Below, in pieces: positions 39,131 through 55,539 of a DNA stretch of 64,000 nt. The notes below the pieces were generated by a model, which was given only the letters and a program-made list of their open reading frames with translations, had not been told where the DNA came from and did not search any database. Source of the stretch: the human T2T-CHM13v2.0 reference genome, Homo sapiens; assembly GCF_009914755.1 (NCBI RefSeq), contig NC_060926.1; one strand, 5' to 3'. Every line of letters begins with the position of its first letter. Within the stretch, counting starts at the first letter, position 1. Both the position numbers and the translations under genes were made by a program.

Positions 39131-40158
39131 CAGAACTCTGGGATCAGTTTGACAACTTAGAAAATCGATAGTCTTGAGAAATTCATCATATCTGCCAAGG
39201 AAAGGACTGAGATTGAACTCAGCTATACAAAACAACTCAGGAATCTTTTAAAGACATGCCAACCTAAAAGGAACTGGAAGGAGAAAGAATACATTACGTA
39301 AAACTCTCCTTCCCTCCCTGTGAACAAAATGAGTGATCACGCTAGGCAGCATTAAGTTATCTTCTTTGAGGTCTTGAACTTTCAGATCACCGTGGAGTTA
39401 CAAGGGCATGTTCAAAACCAAAAGCAGGAGAGGAAATCTCACTTTCATGATGCCCAGAAGGCACAACCACCGACAGAGACTTGATGGAAGCAACTTGAGG
39501 CAAGTAAAAGACAATTGAGATTATAAAAAGGCTGCTGAGCACATCAGTATTTTGAGAAAATGCCATATGTTTTAAAAACACGTTTTTAAAAGTCGATGTT
39601 GAAAAAGGCACACCACCAAGCTGCGAAAACATCACCAATGGCAGAAGACGGCAGACTACTCAATGAGAATTGAATTACTCATCAATTCAAGAAATTTGAC
39701 ACTGAGCTGCAGGAATTTTACCATCCTAATAGTTCCAACAACTTCCAGAAAATACAAGAGATAGAGGGAAAGAGGATAGTGAGAATGAGAGAATCAGTGA
39801 AGACATATGTAGCGATTGGGCAACAGGTGATAGCAATCAATAGGAGATGCTTGGAGAGAATAGTAAAGGCAACTGAATCAATGATCAGAAAAATGTCACA
39901 GCTGGTAATAAAAACTTTCAAGTCAGAGTGTGAGCCTCCTGGAGACATCTGAGGACTACACTCTGCCAATAAGGTGCTTGATAATAGTCTTTCAGATTTC
40001 TGAGGAGAAGGCAAACCAGGGTCAGCTGTGGTGGCAAATTGAAAGGAAACTTCTGGCTGTTCATAAAAATGTATAAATAAAGCTCCAAAGCAGCAAAAGG
40101 AACTGATTGGTTTAATGAGCTCGTTATCAAACCCAATATTGGCTGCTTCAAAAGTCTA

Positions 40159-40542
<384 letters not shown>

Positions 40543-40900
40543 TCAATGAAATAAATACAGATGGAGATGGATCAAAGAAATGGCATAACAAAAATGAAAA
40601 ACATGTACAAAAGAAATCTTCAAATGGGAGATACAGCCAGTTTGAGTCACAAATTAACAAAATTCAGACAAAAATATAGAAAAACAAGAGGCCCAGAAAT
40701 TTGAAGTCTAGCTGCCTGAGGTTGAAGGCAGGCTCACACAATCAAGTGAACAGGCCTGACAACAGAGTGGAATGTACAAAAACCCAATCCAAAATCCCAG
40801 AGAGGTTTGCACAAGACTGGAAGGACTCAGAAGGCAGTTACATAGAGGAGCCAGTCAAGAAAGTGGGGTGAGGAGTTCTGGTTGTGGATTTTGATAGTGA

Positions 40901-41447
<547 letters not shown>

Positions 41448-41682
41448 TGATAATGAATTTGATAAGGAACTGCTTCCTGCCTTAGGGACTTGGAAAACCC
41501 TCTACATGTTTGAAGTTCAGAATGAAGGAATCATTTCAATAGTTGAAGCAAAAATATTGTATATTATAGAGGAAAATGAAGGTGCTGCGTGAATCTGCTT
41601 TTGGAAAAATGAAGATGAAAAGAGTTAAGTCCCTACTTTGTCAACATTGATTTGGACTAAAATGCCAAAGGTGCTAACATGT

Positions 41683-42026
41683 CAAATCGCTTGAATTCAG
41701 GCGGCAAAGATGGCAGTGAGCCAAGATCACACCACTCCACTCCAGCCTGAGCGACGGAGCGAGACTCTGTCTCAATGAATAAATAAATAGGCCACACGCG
41801 CTGGCTCACGCCTGTAATCCCAGCACTTTGGGAGGCCAAGGCGGGCGGATCACGAGTTCAGGAGATCAACACCATCCTGGCTAACATGGTGAAACCCTGT
41901 CTCTACTAAAAATACAAAAAACTGGACCCGGCCTGTGGGCGGAACCGACCAAGAAACACGCCAGCCAGGGCAGGGGCGTGCAGGAGGGATTCGGTAACCC
42001 CAGAGAGGAGTGGGAAATCAGGAAAG
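41683..42026 (+). mobile_element. 5'-transduced sequence of the SVA: Alu right-arm end, AluY-like left arm and a 105-nt unique segment
   Basis: Lies inside the 16-bp TSD pair and is absent from the FNBP1 frame, which rejoins across the TSD. Confidence 0.8.
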
Positions 42027-43421
42027 GCTGGAGTGCAGTGGCGTGATCTCGGCTCGCTACAACCTCCACCTCCCAGCCGCCTGCCTTGGCCTCCCAAAGT
42101 GCCGAGGTTGCAGCCTCTGCCCGGCCACCACCCCGTCTGGGAAGTGAGGAGCGTTTTTCTGCCTGGCCGCCCATCGTCAGGGATGTGAGGAGCCCTTCTG
42201 ACCGGCTGCCCAGTCTGGGAAGTGAGGAGCGCCTCTTCCCGGCCGCCATCCCGTCTAGGAAGTGAGGAGTGTCTCTGCCCGGCCGCCCATCGTCTGAGAT
42301 GTGGGGAGCGCCTCTGCCCCGCCGCCCCGTCTGGGATGTGAGGAGCGCCTCTGCCAGGCCGCGACCTCGTCTGGGAACTGAGGAGCGTCTCTGCCCGACT
42401 GCCACCCCATCTGGGAGGTGAGGAGCGTCTCTGCCCGGCCGCCCCGTCTGAGAAGTGAGGAGCCCCTCCGCCCGGCAGCCACCCCGTCTGGGAAGTGAGG
42501 AGCCCCTCCGCCCGGCAGCCGCCCCATCTGCGAAGTGAGGAGCCCCTCCGCCCAGCAGCTGCCCGGTCCAGGAGGTGGGGGGCAGCCCCCGCCCCGCCAG
42601 CCGCCCCATCTGGGAGGGAGGTGGGGGGCAGCCCCCGCCCGGCCAGCCACCCCATCCGGGAGGGAGGTGGGGGGGTCAGCCCCCGCCCAGCCAGCCGCCC
42701 CGTCCGGGAGGGAGGTGGGGGGTCAGCCCCCGCCCAGCCAGCCACCCCGTCTGGGAGGGAGGTGGGGGGTCAGCCCCTGCCCGGCCAGCCGCCCCGTCCG
42801 GGAGGTGAGGGTCGCCTCTGCCCGGCCACTGCCCCGTCTGGGAGGTGGGGGGCGCCTCTGCCCAGCCGCCACCCCGTCTGGGAGGTGTACCCAACAGCTC
42901 ATTGAGAACTGGCCACGATGACGATGGCGGTTTTGTTGAATAGAAAAGGGGGAAATGTGGGGAAAAGAGATCAGATTGTTACTGTGTAGGTGTAGAAAGT
43001 AGACATGGGAGACTCCATTTTGTTCTGTACTAAGAAAAATTCTTCTGCCTTGGGATGCTGTTAATCTATAACCTTACCCCCAACCCCGTGCTCTCTGAAA
43101 CATGTGCTGTGTCCACTCAGGGTTAAATGGATTAAGGGCGGTGCAAGATGTGCTTTGTTAAATAGATGCTTGAAGGCAGCATGCTCGTTAAGAGTCATCA
43201 CCACTCCCTAATCTCAAGTACCCAGGGACACAAACACTGCGGAAGGCCGCAGGGTCCTCTGTCTAGGAAAACCAGAGACCCTTGTTCACATGTTTATCTG
43301 CTGACCTTCCCTCCACTATTGTCCTATGACCCTGCCAAATCCCCCTCTCCGAGAAACACCCAAGAATGATCAATAAATACTAAAAAAAAAAAAGAAAAAG
43401 GTTAAAAACTAAAAAAAAAAA
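42027..43421 (+). mobile_element. SVA retrotransposon, 5' truncated in the Alu-like domain (older B/C-like SINE-R by eye)
   Basis: Alu-like remnant 42027-42113, GC-rich VNTR ~42114-42886, SINE-R ~42887-43381, AATAAA 43372-43377 and poly(A). No CCCTCT hexamer. TSD aaaggtgctaacatgt at 41667-41682 and 43422-43437. Confidence 0.95.
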
Positions 43422-43459
43422 AAAGGTGCTAACATGTATATTTAATACTACTCGGAATT

Positions 43460-43735
<276 letters not shown>

Positions 43736-44904
43736 CACTTGGATTATTTTTTAATTGTGGCGCTGTTTCTCCCTACAACATGACTCTTACAGATAGCTTC
43801 AAAAGCCTGGCTGGATGGATAACACCATGGTACAATACACGTTTTCAGACAGCCACACAGTAGACTTTTAGGCATCATACACTTGAGTTTTCCTTGGCTA
43901 GTTTTGACTATAATCAAGTTTTTCATGCTGAGATGAAGCTTTACATGGAAAGCTGCTAACTGCCAATTTACAACTGTGTCATTTGAAATTCCATAAACAT
44001 TTCTTCTTTTGGCAGCATTTATAAATAACAAAAAAGTTGTATTCTAGCTTCTAACCATCCTTTGTGAATAAGAAGTGTGGCATTGTGGAGGTACAGAAGA
44101 CTTCAGCTCTCATATATAGTACCTGCCATAAATTAAAGTATGCTAAAATTTTTTTTTTTTTTAACTTTATAGAGATGAGGTCTCACTGTGTTGCCCAGGC
44201 TGGTCTCAAACCCCTAGCCTCAAGCAATCCTCTTGCCTCAGCCCCCTAAAGTGTTGGGATTACAGGCATGAGCCACCATGCCCAGCTGAATGTTATACTT
44301 TGTAGCTCAGTAAATTGAACTATGCTAGTTTGTTAAATTTTACCATTATTCACTTAGAGAAAATCACAAACAAAATTTAAAATCTCAATTTTCTTTGAGG
44401 CAAGGGTCTTGCTATATTGTCCAGGCTGGTCTTGAACTTGTGGCTCAGGTGATCCAACCACCTCAGCCTCTGAGTAGCTGGGATTCTCACCCTTTTTGAG
44501 TACAGAAGTAAATAAGTACTTGCACTAAAATTTTGTATTTTTTCTTAAACATGGTTAAGATTATTGTTTTCATCATAATTAACCTATCATGTCTATTTGA
44601 TCCCATAGAGCCAATTGAAATCTGGAGAAATTTGGTCAGTTAACCTGTTGGTTTTTATATATGGCACCAACTGATCTCTACCAGATTGACACAGTAGATC
44701 AGCTGTTTTAATGCTGAAAAGAGAAGCTTATATAAATACAGTGCACATCTATTAATGCTTCTCACGTCTGTAGTTCTGTTTCAGGCAGAGGTTTTTTGGC
44801 ATAGGACCTGTATTCAGCTCACACTTTCCTAGGCTGGCTATGAGTAGAATGCCTCGTGGCAGTAGCTACACTCATACATAGGCATTGATCTTAGATCTGT
44901 GTAG

Positions 44905-45256
<352 letters not shown>

Positions 45257-46839
45257 GGAATTTTTTTAAAGCAGTAAATGTAAACGCTAACTTTAGAAAA
45301 TATTAATAATATGATTAATTTTAGCCAGAATAAAATAATTTGCCATCTTTATAGAAATCTGGCCACGTAGGAATTAGCATTCTTAAAATTGGCACTGAAG
45401 CCAGAAGATGGATAGTGAAATTGGTCACATGCATAGACAGCTACCAAGTCCAGTGTTTAATGGTGCCCAGTGAAGAGGATTGAAGCACACACCAGAGAAG
45501 CAGCTGTAACTGGGTCAGAAGAAAAGTGTCAGGCTGAGACTTAGTTTTAGGTAGAAAAATGAGCTGCTTGCCTCTACATTCATTATTGGCTCATCTCATA
45601 AACTCAAATGAGGGGATCAGAAGCTGGCAGAAGGGACGGACTCATGCTTGTTGATCCGGATGACCTCTGTTTCAAGGTTCCAGCAATGAGTTAGCTTACA
45701 TTTTACAAGGTCTCCCAAAGTGAAATGTAGTAGTCTTTACTTAGTGACAGACTAATTTACAACTATGTAATTCTTTTAAGTTTGTAATTAAAATTTCTTC
45801 TGAATTATTAATGGCTTTATTGACATGATGTTAATAAAGCCTCTCATCTTGCTGTTAAGTATTGTAGTGAGAAAATCAGCTGACCTGGAAACCATGGGGA
45901 TTGGTTCTAATGAGCCATAAATGCTTCCCCTCTTCCTTCAGCACTAGTAGACTACCAGCTTTAGGCATTTAACCAAACGAATTGGAGACAGAAAATATTA
46001 AAATCCAGCCATCCTATATCAGATGATGAACTCATTTCCAGACTAACTACCCAAGAAAGCAAGTTAAACACTGTAAAAGCCTAAAACGGGGCAAGTTGGG
46101 ATTAGCTTTTAAAATGCCTGCCTTGAAAAACACATTATTCTGTGAGGTTTTTTTTTTTTTCTTTAAAGTTGTGCAAATTTGATTCGGAAAAATAGCTTAA
46201 TAGGTTTGTATAGGGCACGGGAGAAGGGGTTGTGTGCATAAATGTATGATGATTATTTTAAGTGTGTGCTTCAGCAGCGACAACAAACAGATGAAGATAC
46301 GTGATACTGACTAAACAGGCAAGAGTATTTTCTAGTCTCAGTTCTTCTAGTCAATGCCTAAAGTATTAGAAAAAGTACTGAAACAATTCCCAAAGCATCA
46401 GGAATTTCCATTTCTAGTCAAAATATTGTTTGTTTTCTTCCAACAGTTCTGTTAAATAAAAGGAAAAGTTATAAAGTTTTAGAGATATATTTAATGTCAC
46501 AGGTTAATAATGTGTGTATAGAAGCCTTCTCTAACCTTGTTTGTAAATCTACCAAACCTCACCTCAAACAGTGTTCTCCTTAAACCCATCCTTTTTGTGC
46601 AAAGCTACTGCTTCCTGATGTCCATAACTCAAGGCATTTTTTTTTTCGCTTGGTGTAGTTTCTGAAATGTGATTATTTAATGTTTGCCAAGATGTTTGGA
46701 ATAGAGTAACTTTCAACTAATCAATTGATTGTGACTTTCTTCTTTTGTAGTTTTTGTTTTTAAAATTGCTTTCTGTCAAACCCATCTATAATTCCCCCAG
46801 AATATATTTATATGGACTAAGGCTTACCAAAAATAAGGA

Positions 46840-47160
46840 AAATCGGAGAAACTGCCACCGCCAGGAGGAGCCAAGGGGACATGATGACTAAATGTAATCT
46901 GGTTTCATGGAGGGGCTACCTAGAAAAAAGACATTAAGGGAAGACTAAGGAAACTTGAATAAAGTATGGGCTCTCCTTAATAATAGTGTAACAAATTCAT
47001 TGTAACAAATGCCCCATACTAACGTAAGATGTGAATAATCAGGGAAACTGGATGTGGGACATATGGGAACTCCACTATCTTCAAAATTTTTCTGTAAATG
47101 TAGAACTGTTCTAAAACAATAAAGACTATAAAAAAATAATAAAGACTATTAGAAAAAAAA
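46840..47160 (+). mobile_element. L1MC-type 3' end
   Basis: gacatgatgactaaatgtaat...tgaataaagtatgg...tctgtaaatgtagaactgttctaaaa. Confidence 0.6.
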
Positions 47161-47163
47161 AAA

Positions 47164-48615
<1,452 letters not shown>

Positions 48616-48829
48616 TCACTATGGTTGCTTAGTCTTATTGCAAAAGAAAAGAACCCGTCGGGCATCTTTTAGGTGTACTCTCATCTGCCACCCTAAACAC
48701 CTTTTCCTTACAGAAAAAATAAATTACACAAATGCTCTTTTAAGTTCACAGCCACAGGGTATCTTACCAGGAGCTAAGAAATGAGGTCAGCTTCCTGGAA
48801 TGAGGTGCCTAAGGGTAGAGCTGACTCCT

Positions 48830-49600
48830 AGCATAGCCCGACCAGCAATATTAGCGCCAGTGCAGGTACAAATGTTGGCTGATTGGGCAGGGAGTGGAGA
48901 GGCGGTGAGCGTGCAAGAGTGCGCGCTCTGCGGGTTGCGCTCCTTTTGGTGGCCCGAAGAAGGCAGCTGGAGCTCACAAGCCACTGCTGGCGGACTTGAA
49001 CCGAGAGTGAGTGTCTTATGTAAGACATTTCTTGCAGAGTCGTGGCGAGGAAGCGCGGACTAGGGCGCGCTTGCTGCTCTCCAACAACGTCTGGACCCGG
49101 GGATCGAGGGCAGCGGAACCCCCTCCCGTCCCTCCATCTCCACCTTCTCTGTGCTTGGGTGCACCCTGTGGATACAGCCGGCCTGAGGGACCGCAGACTC
49201 GTCGGGCTGCTTTCTGATGAGAGGATTAACAAACAATTGCCGGCTGCGACCATTTTGCAGGACAGGCATCTTCTGCGCGCAGGCCACGTCGGGCCTGCCC
49301 GGGCTCTGGCTGCCTGGAAGTGCTCCCGCTGTTCACCCCGCGGAATTAGGGGTTGGGGGGCAGTTCCCCGCAAATGGGTGAGGGGGTGGAGGCGAGGTGA
49401 ATTAATGGATACGCAGTAGCCCCATCGAGGGAAAAGGGGTTGGACGGAGGGGAACTGCGGTGGGCAGGGCAGGCCTAGGGGGCTGGTAGGGGATAAAGAG
49501 GAGAGTCCCCCTGTACGGTGACTTACCTGGTCTCGGTGCCTCCGCTCTCCCGTTCCCTCACTAATGAGACTCTTAAATCTGGCAGGGACCCAGGAAGGGA
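48830..49600. promoter_or_regulatory. Second CpG-rich promoter-like region
   Basis: CpG-dense; NF-Y box ctgattgg 48879-48886; YY1-like CAAAATGGTCGC on the minus strand near 49247-49258; splice donors on both strands. Confidence 0.6.
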
Positions 49601-50689
49601 TATTTGTAATTATTCCAGGTGGTTCGAATTTGCAGCCAGAATGGGAATCACTGTATCTTCTTTACTTCAATGCCTGCTTTCTCTTAGCACGTTCTTGCCA
49701 CAACCCTTCATTCATGACCTTCTCAGTCCATTTGTTCAGCTTTGGCCTCTCCAGTCCATTATCTCCGCACTTCCCGATTTGGATTCGCAGGTCCGTTAGC
49801 CCTGAGCGCTCCAGCAGCCATTGTCTGGTCGGTGGACTGGCTCTCCGCGGGTCATTCACTCACCTTTCCCACTCTGGATTCCCAAGAAAGGGAATTGAAA
49901 CCATTGGCTCCTAACCAGTCTGTGTCTGGGTGGGGCTTTGCAGCCTCAGGTCCTCTCTCAGGTTACTGGCCACCCTGTCCCCTACACTGCTAGTTAGGTG
50001 GTCTAACCAGGGCTGAGGGGCACTACAGGAACCCAGGAACAAAATGTGCCCAGGGGAGGGCTGTGGAGCAGGCAGTTTCCCCTACACTGACTTGCCCAGT
50101 CAGCCGGCACCTCAGGGAACTTTGGGTTTTCCACTGGAAAACCGCACACTGTTTTTAAAACGACACTGAGCTCAGAAGACCTCTCATGTGAACCTAGCAC
50201 TTTCCACAAGCAACACTTAATCAAAAAGCTAGGAGGTGGCTACATCCGATGCAATGCTATACTCTAGCCACTGGGATTAAACACGTTCTTCTCGTTTTCT
50301 AATCCGTCAATTAAAAAAACCTGTGATTCCTCTCCCAACTTTCCTTTTAATTTGGGGGGAAGAACAACTGGGTGGGGGGGCCCTATTTGTTTCCAGATTT
50401 AGAAGCATTTAGGGGATTACACATTTCACAAGCCCGAAGAGTTCTCTGGTTGCGGGTGGGGTGAAGCAGAAGGAAGAGTCCCCTGTCTTCTGGTGTCCGG
50501 AGGTTCCTAGGCGGCTTGGCCCACAAAGCCACACTTATCTTTTCCTCCAGTCAAGAACATCTGCTGCTTTGTCCCAGCCCTTCTTTGAAGAATAGAACCC
50601 CCTCTTCTTTTGGTAACGCCTTCTCTCTCCACTTCAAGCCAGAGTCCAGCTAGAGGCTGCAATTTTATATGCCCCCTGGACCCCACCTG

Positions 50690-50857
50690 GTTAGTCCAGG
50701 TGGCTCCTAATTCAAGATGAGCCAATCAGAGCCCTTCCTGGGAACTCCAAAAGAAAGTTTGCTCTTACAACGCGTTAGGCCAGGTGGCTCCTAATTCAAG
50801 ATGAGCCAAACAGAGGCCGTCCTGGGGACTTGAAAACAAAGTCTGCTCTTCCCACGG
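50690..50857 (+). repeat. Two-copy 84-bp tandem duplication within an LTR16/33-like remnant
   Basis: ccaggtggctcctaattcaagatgagccaa occurs identically at 50696 and 50780. Confidence 0.85.
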
Positions 50858-50869
50858 CCTGAACAGGAC

Positions 50870-51702
<833 letters not shown>

Positions 51703-51740
51703 TGAGAGTCCCCCGTGTTCCTTCAGTAATGAACAAACAT

Positions 51741-52545
<805 letters not shown>

Positions 52546-53886
52546 AGACAAATAGGTTCCACGCAGGGAATCAGTGTGTCTAATTTTGAGGTCTCTCCAT
52601 TCTCACTGACCACTGCCGTCCTGCTGGCCTCTGGGATTCCAAGCTTGGGTGTTTCCTCACCGTATCACCTGAAAGCCGTCCCTGGGGTGTCTAGCTGTTT
52701 CAGAGGTGGCTCGGGCCTTCAGGCACAGTTCTCTGTTTTGTCCCAACCTTCTCAGCTCTGATACAACTGAGTGATTCTACTGCTTGTAAGAGGCAGTTCT
52801 GCCCTGGCAGGTACCAATCCTTCCCAACCCCACTGTGCAGATAGAGAATATTTTAAAATTACAAAACGGGGGCACAATGTATGAACAGAATATTTGAAAT
52901 TTTTTTCTGCCCTCAAAAATCTGGGGCCCAAGGTTGTTATATCTTCATGTCCTCATTTCTTAGGGAGGTACCTTCAGAACCAATAGTGACCCCTAACTTC
53001 TCTGGTGGTCGGTTCCATGAAAGGCAAAGGAGTGTGAGAGAGGAGTGGATGGTCAACCTCCCACTGCCATGGTAACATGGGTGCTGGCTGATGGGAGCAG
53101 AAAATAATTTAGTGAAAGTCTGTGGGGGCAGTCACAAGATGTCTGAGAAAACTGGCGAGCCAGCTGCTGAAAACAGGGACAAGGAAGCCTCCGTGGCTGG
53201 AGCCCAAATCACACTGCAGACCCAGACACCGTGACCACCACCATGGACTCCAGAGAGAGCAGCTTATAGTACTCAATCAGCTGCCACTACCACCATCCAG
53301 AACACCAGATGTTGTAGCCATGGCTGCAGCAGGAATGGATGTCCCACTGTCCCTGCTCCTCGGTGTGACTTGCTCCCAAGTTCAGGGCAGGTCCATCTGA
53401 TTGGCTGAGTCTGGAATGTCTGCCTGTGCCTCAGCTGTGAGGGAGGCAGGGAAAGTAAGCCTTTTCAGCTTCTGTCGTGGGAGGTGGGCTCTGCCTCCTA
53501 CCAAGAATCAAAGGGTGGAGGATCTTCAAACACAGGAAAAGAACCCGGATCCTGGCACCCCCAAATTTTCAGAGTCCATTTCAGAGCATAAGAAATTGAG
53601 GGTCCAAGATCATTCATGTAAGAAGTTTAGAGGGGGAAGAAAAGAATGATAAACGAAAAGAACAGCAATAGTAAAGGATCTTTTCTTTGTTTCAGTAAGA
53701 TGAAGAGGCCTGAGCAGTTTCGTGGAGGGGAAGAAACAGGAAAACCTCTTCAAAAGACAAAAAGCTGGCACTGCATTCTCTCTCTGTAGCAGGACAGAAC
53801 TGTCTAAAGACAAGACCCCTTTGGCCAAAATAAAGGAACCTGAAACATTACTAATGACCCTTCAAAAGCTTCAGTTGTTTGTTTCC

Positions 53887-53892
53887 TTTAAT
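53887..53892 (-). terminator. BOLA3: BOLA3 polyadenylation signal ATTAAA
   Basis: tttaat on the + strand, ~155 nt past the stop, in an AU-rich 3'UTR. Confidence 0.65.
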
Positions 53893-54047
53893 TAACATCT
53901 AAATAGATTATACATCTTCTATAATTATAATATGGAAATGTATATGAGCAAAATATATAAATTTTTTGGTGACTGCTTAGGGAAGAATGATGTCAGTGAA
54001 GTTCATCCAAGGTCTTAAGCAGCAGCATCTATGCAGCCAGGGCGTGG

Positions 54048-54113
54048 TCAGCGTTTGGGGACAGAGGTAAATATCCGCAATCCATGCATCTCTTTGATTT
54101 CTTCTTTTAGTGC
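54048..54113 (-). CDS. BOLA3: BOLA3 terminal coding exon (ALKEEIKEMHGLRIFTSVPKR*)
   Basis: Minus-strand tcttacttag| acceptor; 66 nt including TGA; HGL motif of BolA proteins; translated by hand. Confidence 0.95.
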   Translation of the reverse strand, partial: ALKEEIKEMHGLRIFTSVPKR

Positions 54114-54390
54114 CTAAGTAAGAAAACAGCATCATCAGTTTTTGTGTATTTGACGTTGATTACAGTAATTCTCTGAGAGTATTTTTATACAGCTCTGCAT
54201 CTGAAGGAGACTTTGTATGTGCTTTGTTTAAGCAATTTTTCCTTTTTTTGAAAAACAATTTTTTTTAAATCAATAATATCTAACATGATTTAAAGATTCA
54301 AAGGTACAAAAAGGCATTCAGGGAAGTCTCCCTCCTATACCTGTCCATCTCCCCAGTTTCCACCCTTGTTCCCAAAAGAACTGTTGTTAG

Positions 54391-54704
<314 letters not shown>

Positions 54705-54825
54705 AGTTTCTTGTGTATCTTTACAGGGACTTAAAAATGCATATTCACCAGGCATATTCAAGCTAATATATTTCACCCCATGACCTTTTAAAACGCAAAT
54801 GGTTAAAATTTCAAACACATTACAC

Positions 54826-55029
54826 CAAGCTTGTCCAACCCACGGCCCATGACAGCTTTGAATGTGGCCTAACATAAATTCGTAAACTTTCATAAAACAT
54901 TTTGAGATTTTTTTTGAAATTTTTTTTAAAGCTCATCAGCTATCATTAGTGTTAGTATATTTTATGTGTGGCCCAAGAGAATTCTTCTTCCATTGTGGCC
55001 CAAGGAAGCCAAAGGACTGGACACCCCTG
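54826..55029. mobile_element. MER30-like hAT element
   Basis: Termini caagcttgtccaa...tggacacccctg; degenerate 8-bp TSD cattacac / ctctacac. Confidence 0.75.
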
Positions 55030-55539
55030 CTCTACACTTTGCTCTTCCCCCAAACATCTATCTTGGAGATCTTTCTATGTTAGGCATATATGGGTGTCCT
55101 GATTCTTTTTTGCATCAGCATAGTATTCCATTATATGAATGCATTATAACTTTTCAACCTGTCCCCTAGCGAACTTTTAGGCTGTTTCCTGTGTTTTGTT
55201 ATTTCGAGCATCAAGCATTCTTTAAAATGAGCAGTTCTTTAAAATCATACCAATTAGCACAAATTCCCCAATGGTCAGAGCAGGAAATAAAGTTTCAAAG
55301 GAATTATGGGACTTGTTTTAAGGCTACAAATGGTGTCAGAGCCCAAATCTGAAGGAACTACCAGAGTCAAATAGATATTTGGCCCCTGTAGTGCTGGGAG
55401 AAAGTGAGGTTACAGAATCAGAGTGGGGCTTGGACCGCTCAAGTTTATAATCAGTACAGAGGAAGAAATAAGGTCCTTTTATACTAGGCCAAAATCTGAT
55501 AATCATACTAGAGTGGACATTTTTCTTTTCTAGTCTCTT

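Noticed and set aside
42114-42886. Regularly spaced direct repeats resembling a CRISPR array
   Set aside because: Tandem SVA VNTR units with no unique spacers and no cas genes.
41881-42921. Many 130-280 aa ORFs on both strands
   Set aside because: They arise from the stop-poor SVA VNTR.
48828-49373. 181-aa minus-strand ORF in the CpG island
   Set aside because: Composition typical of chance GC-rich ORFs; no homology recognised.
49521-49530. acttacctgg resembling the U1 snRNA 5' end (also tacttacctg near 5651)
   Set aside because: Similarity stops after ~10 nt; it is the reverse complement of a splice donor consensus.
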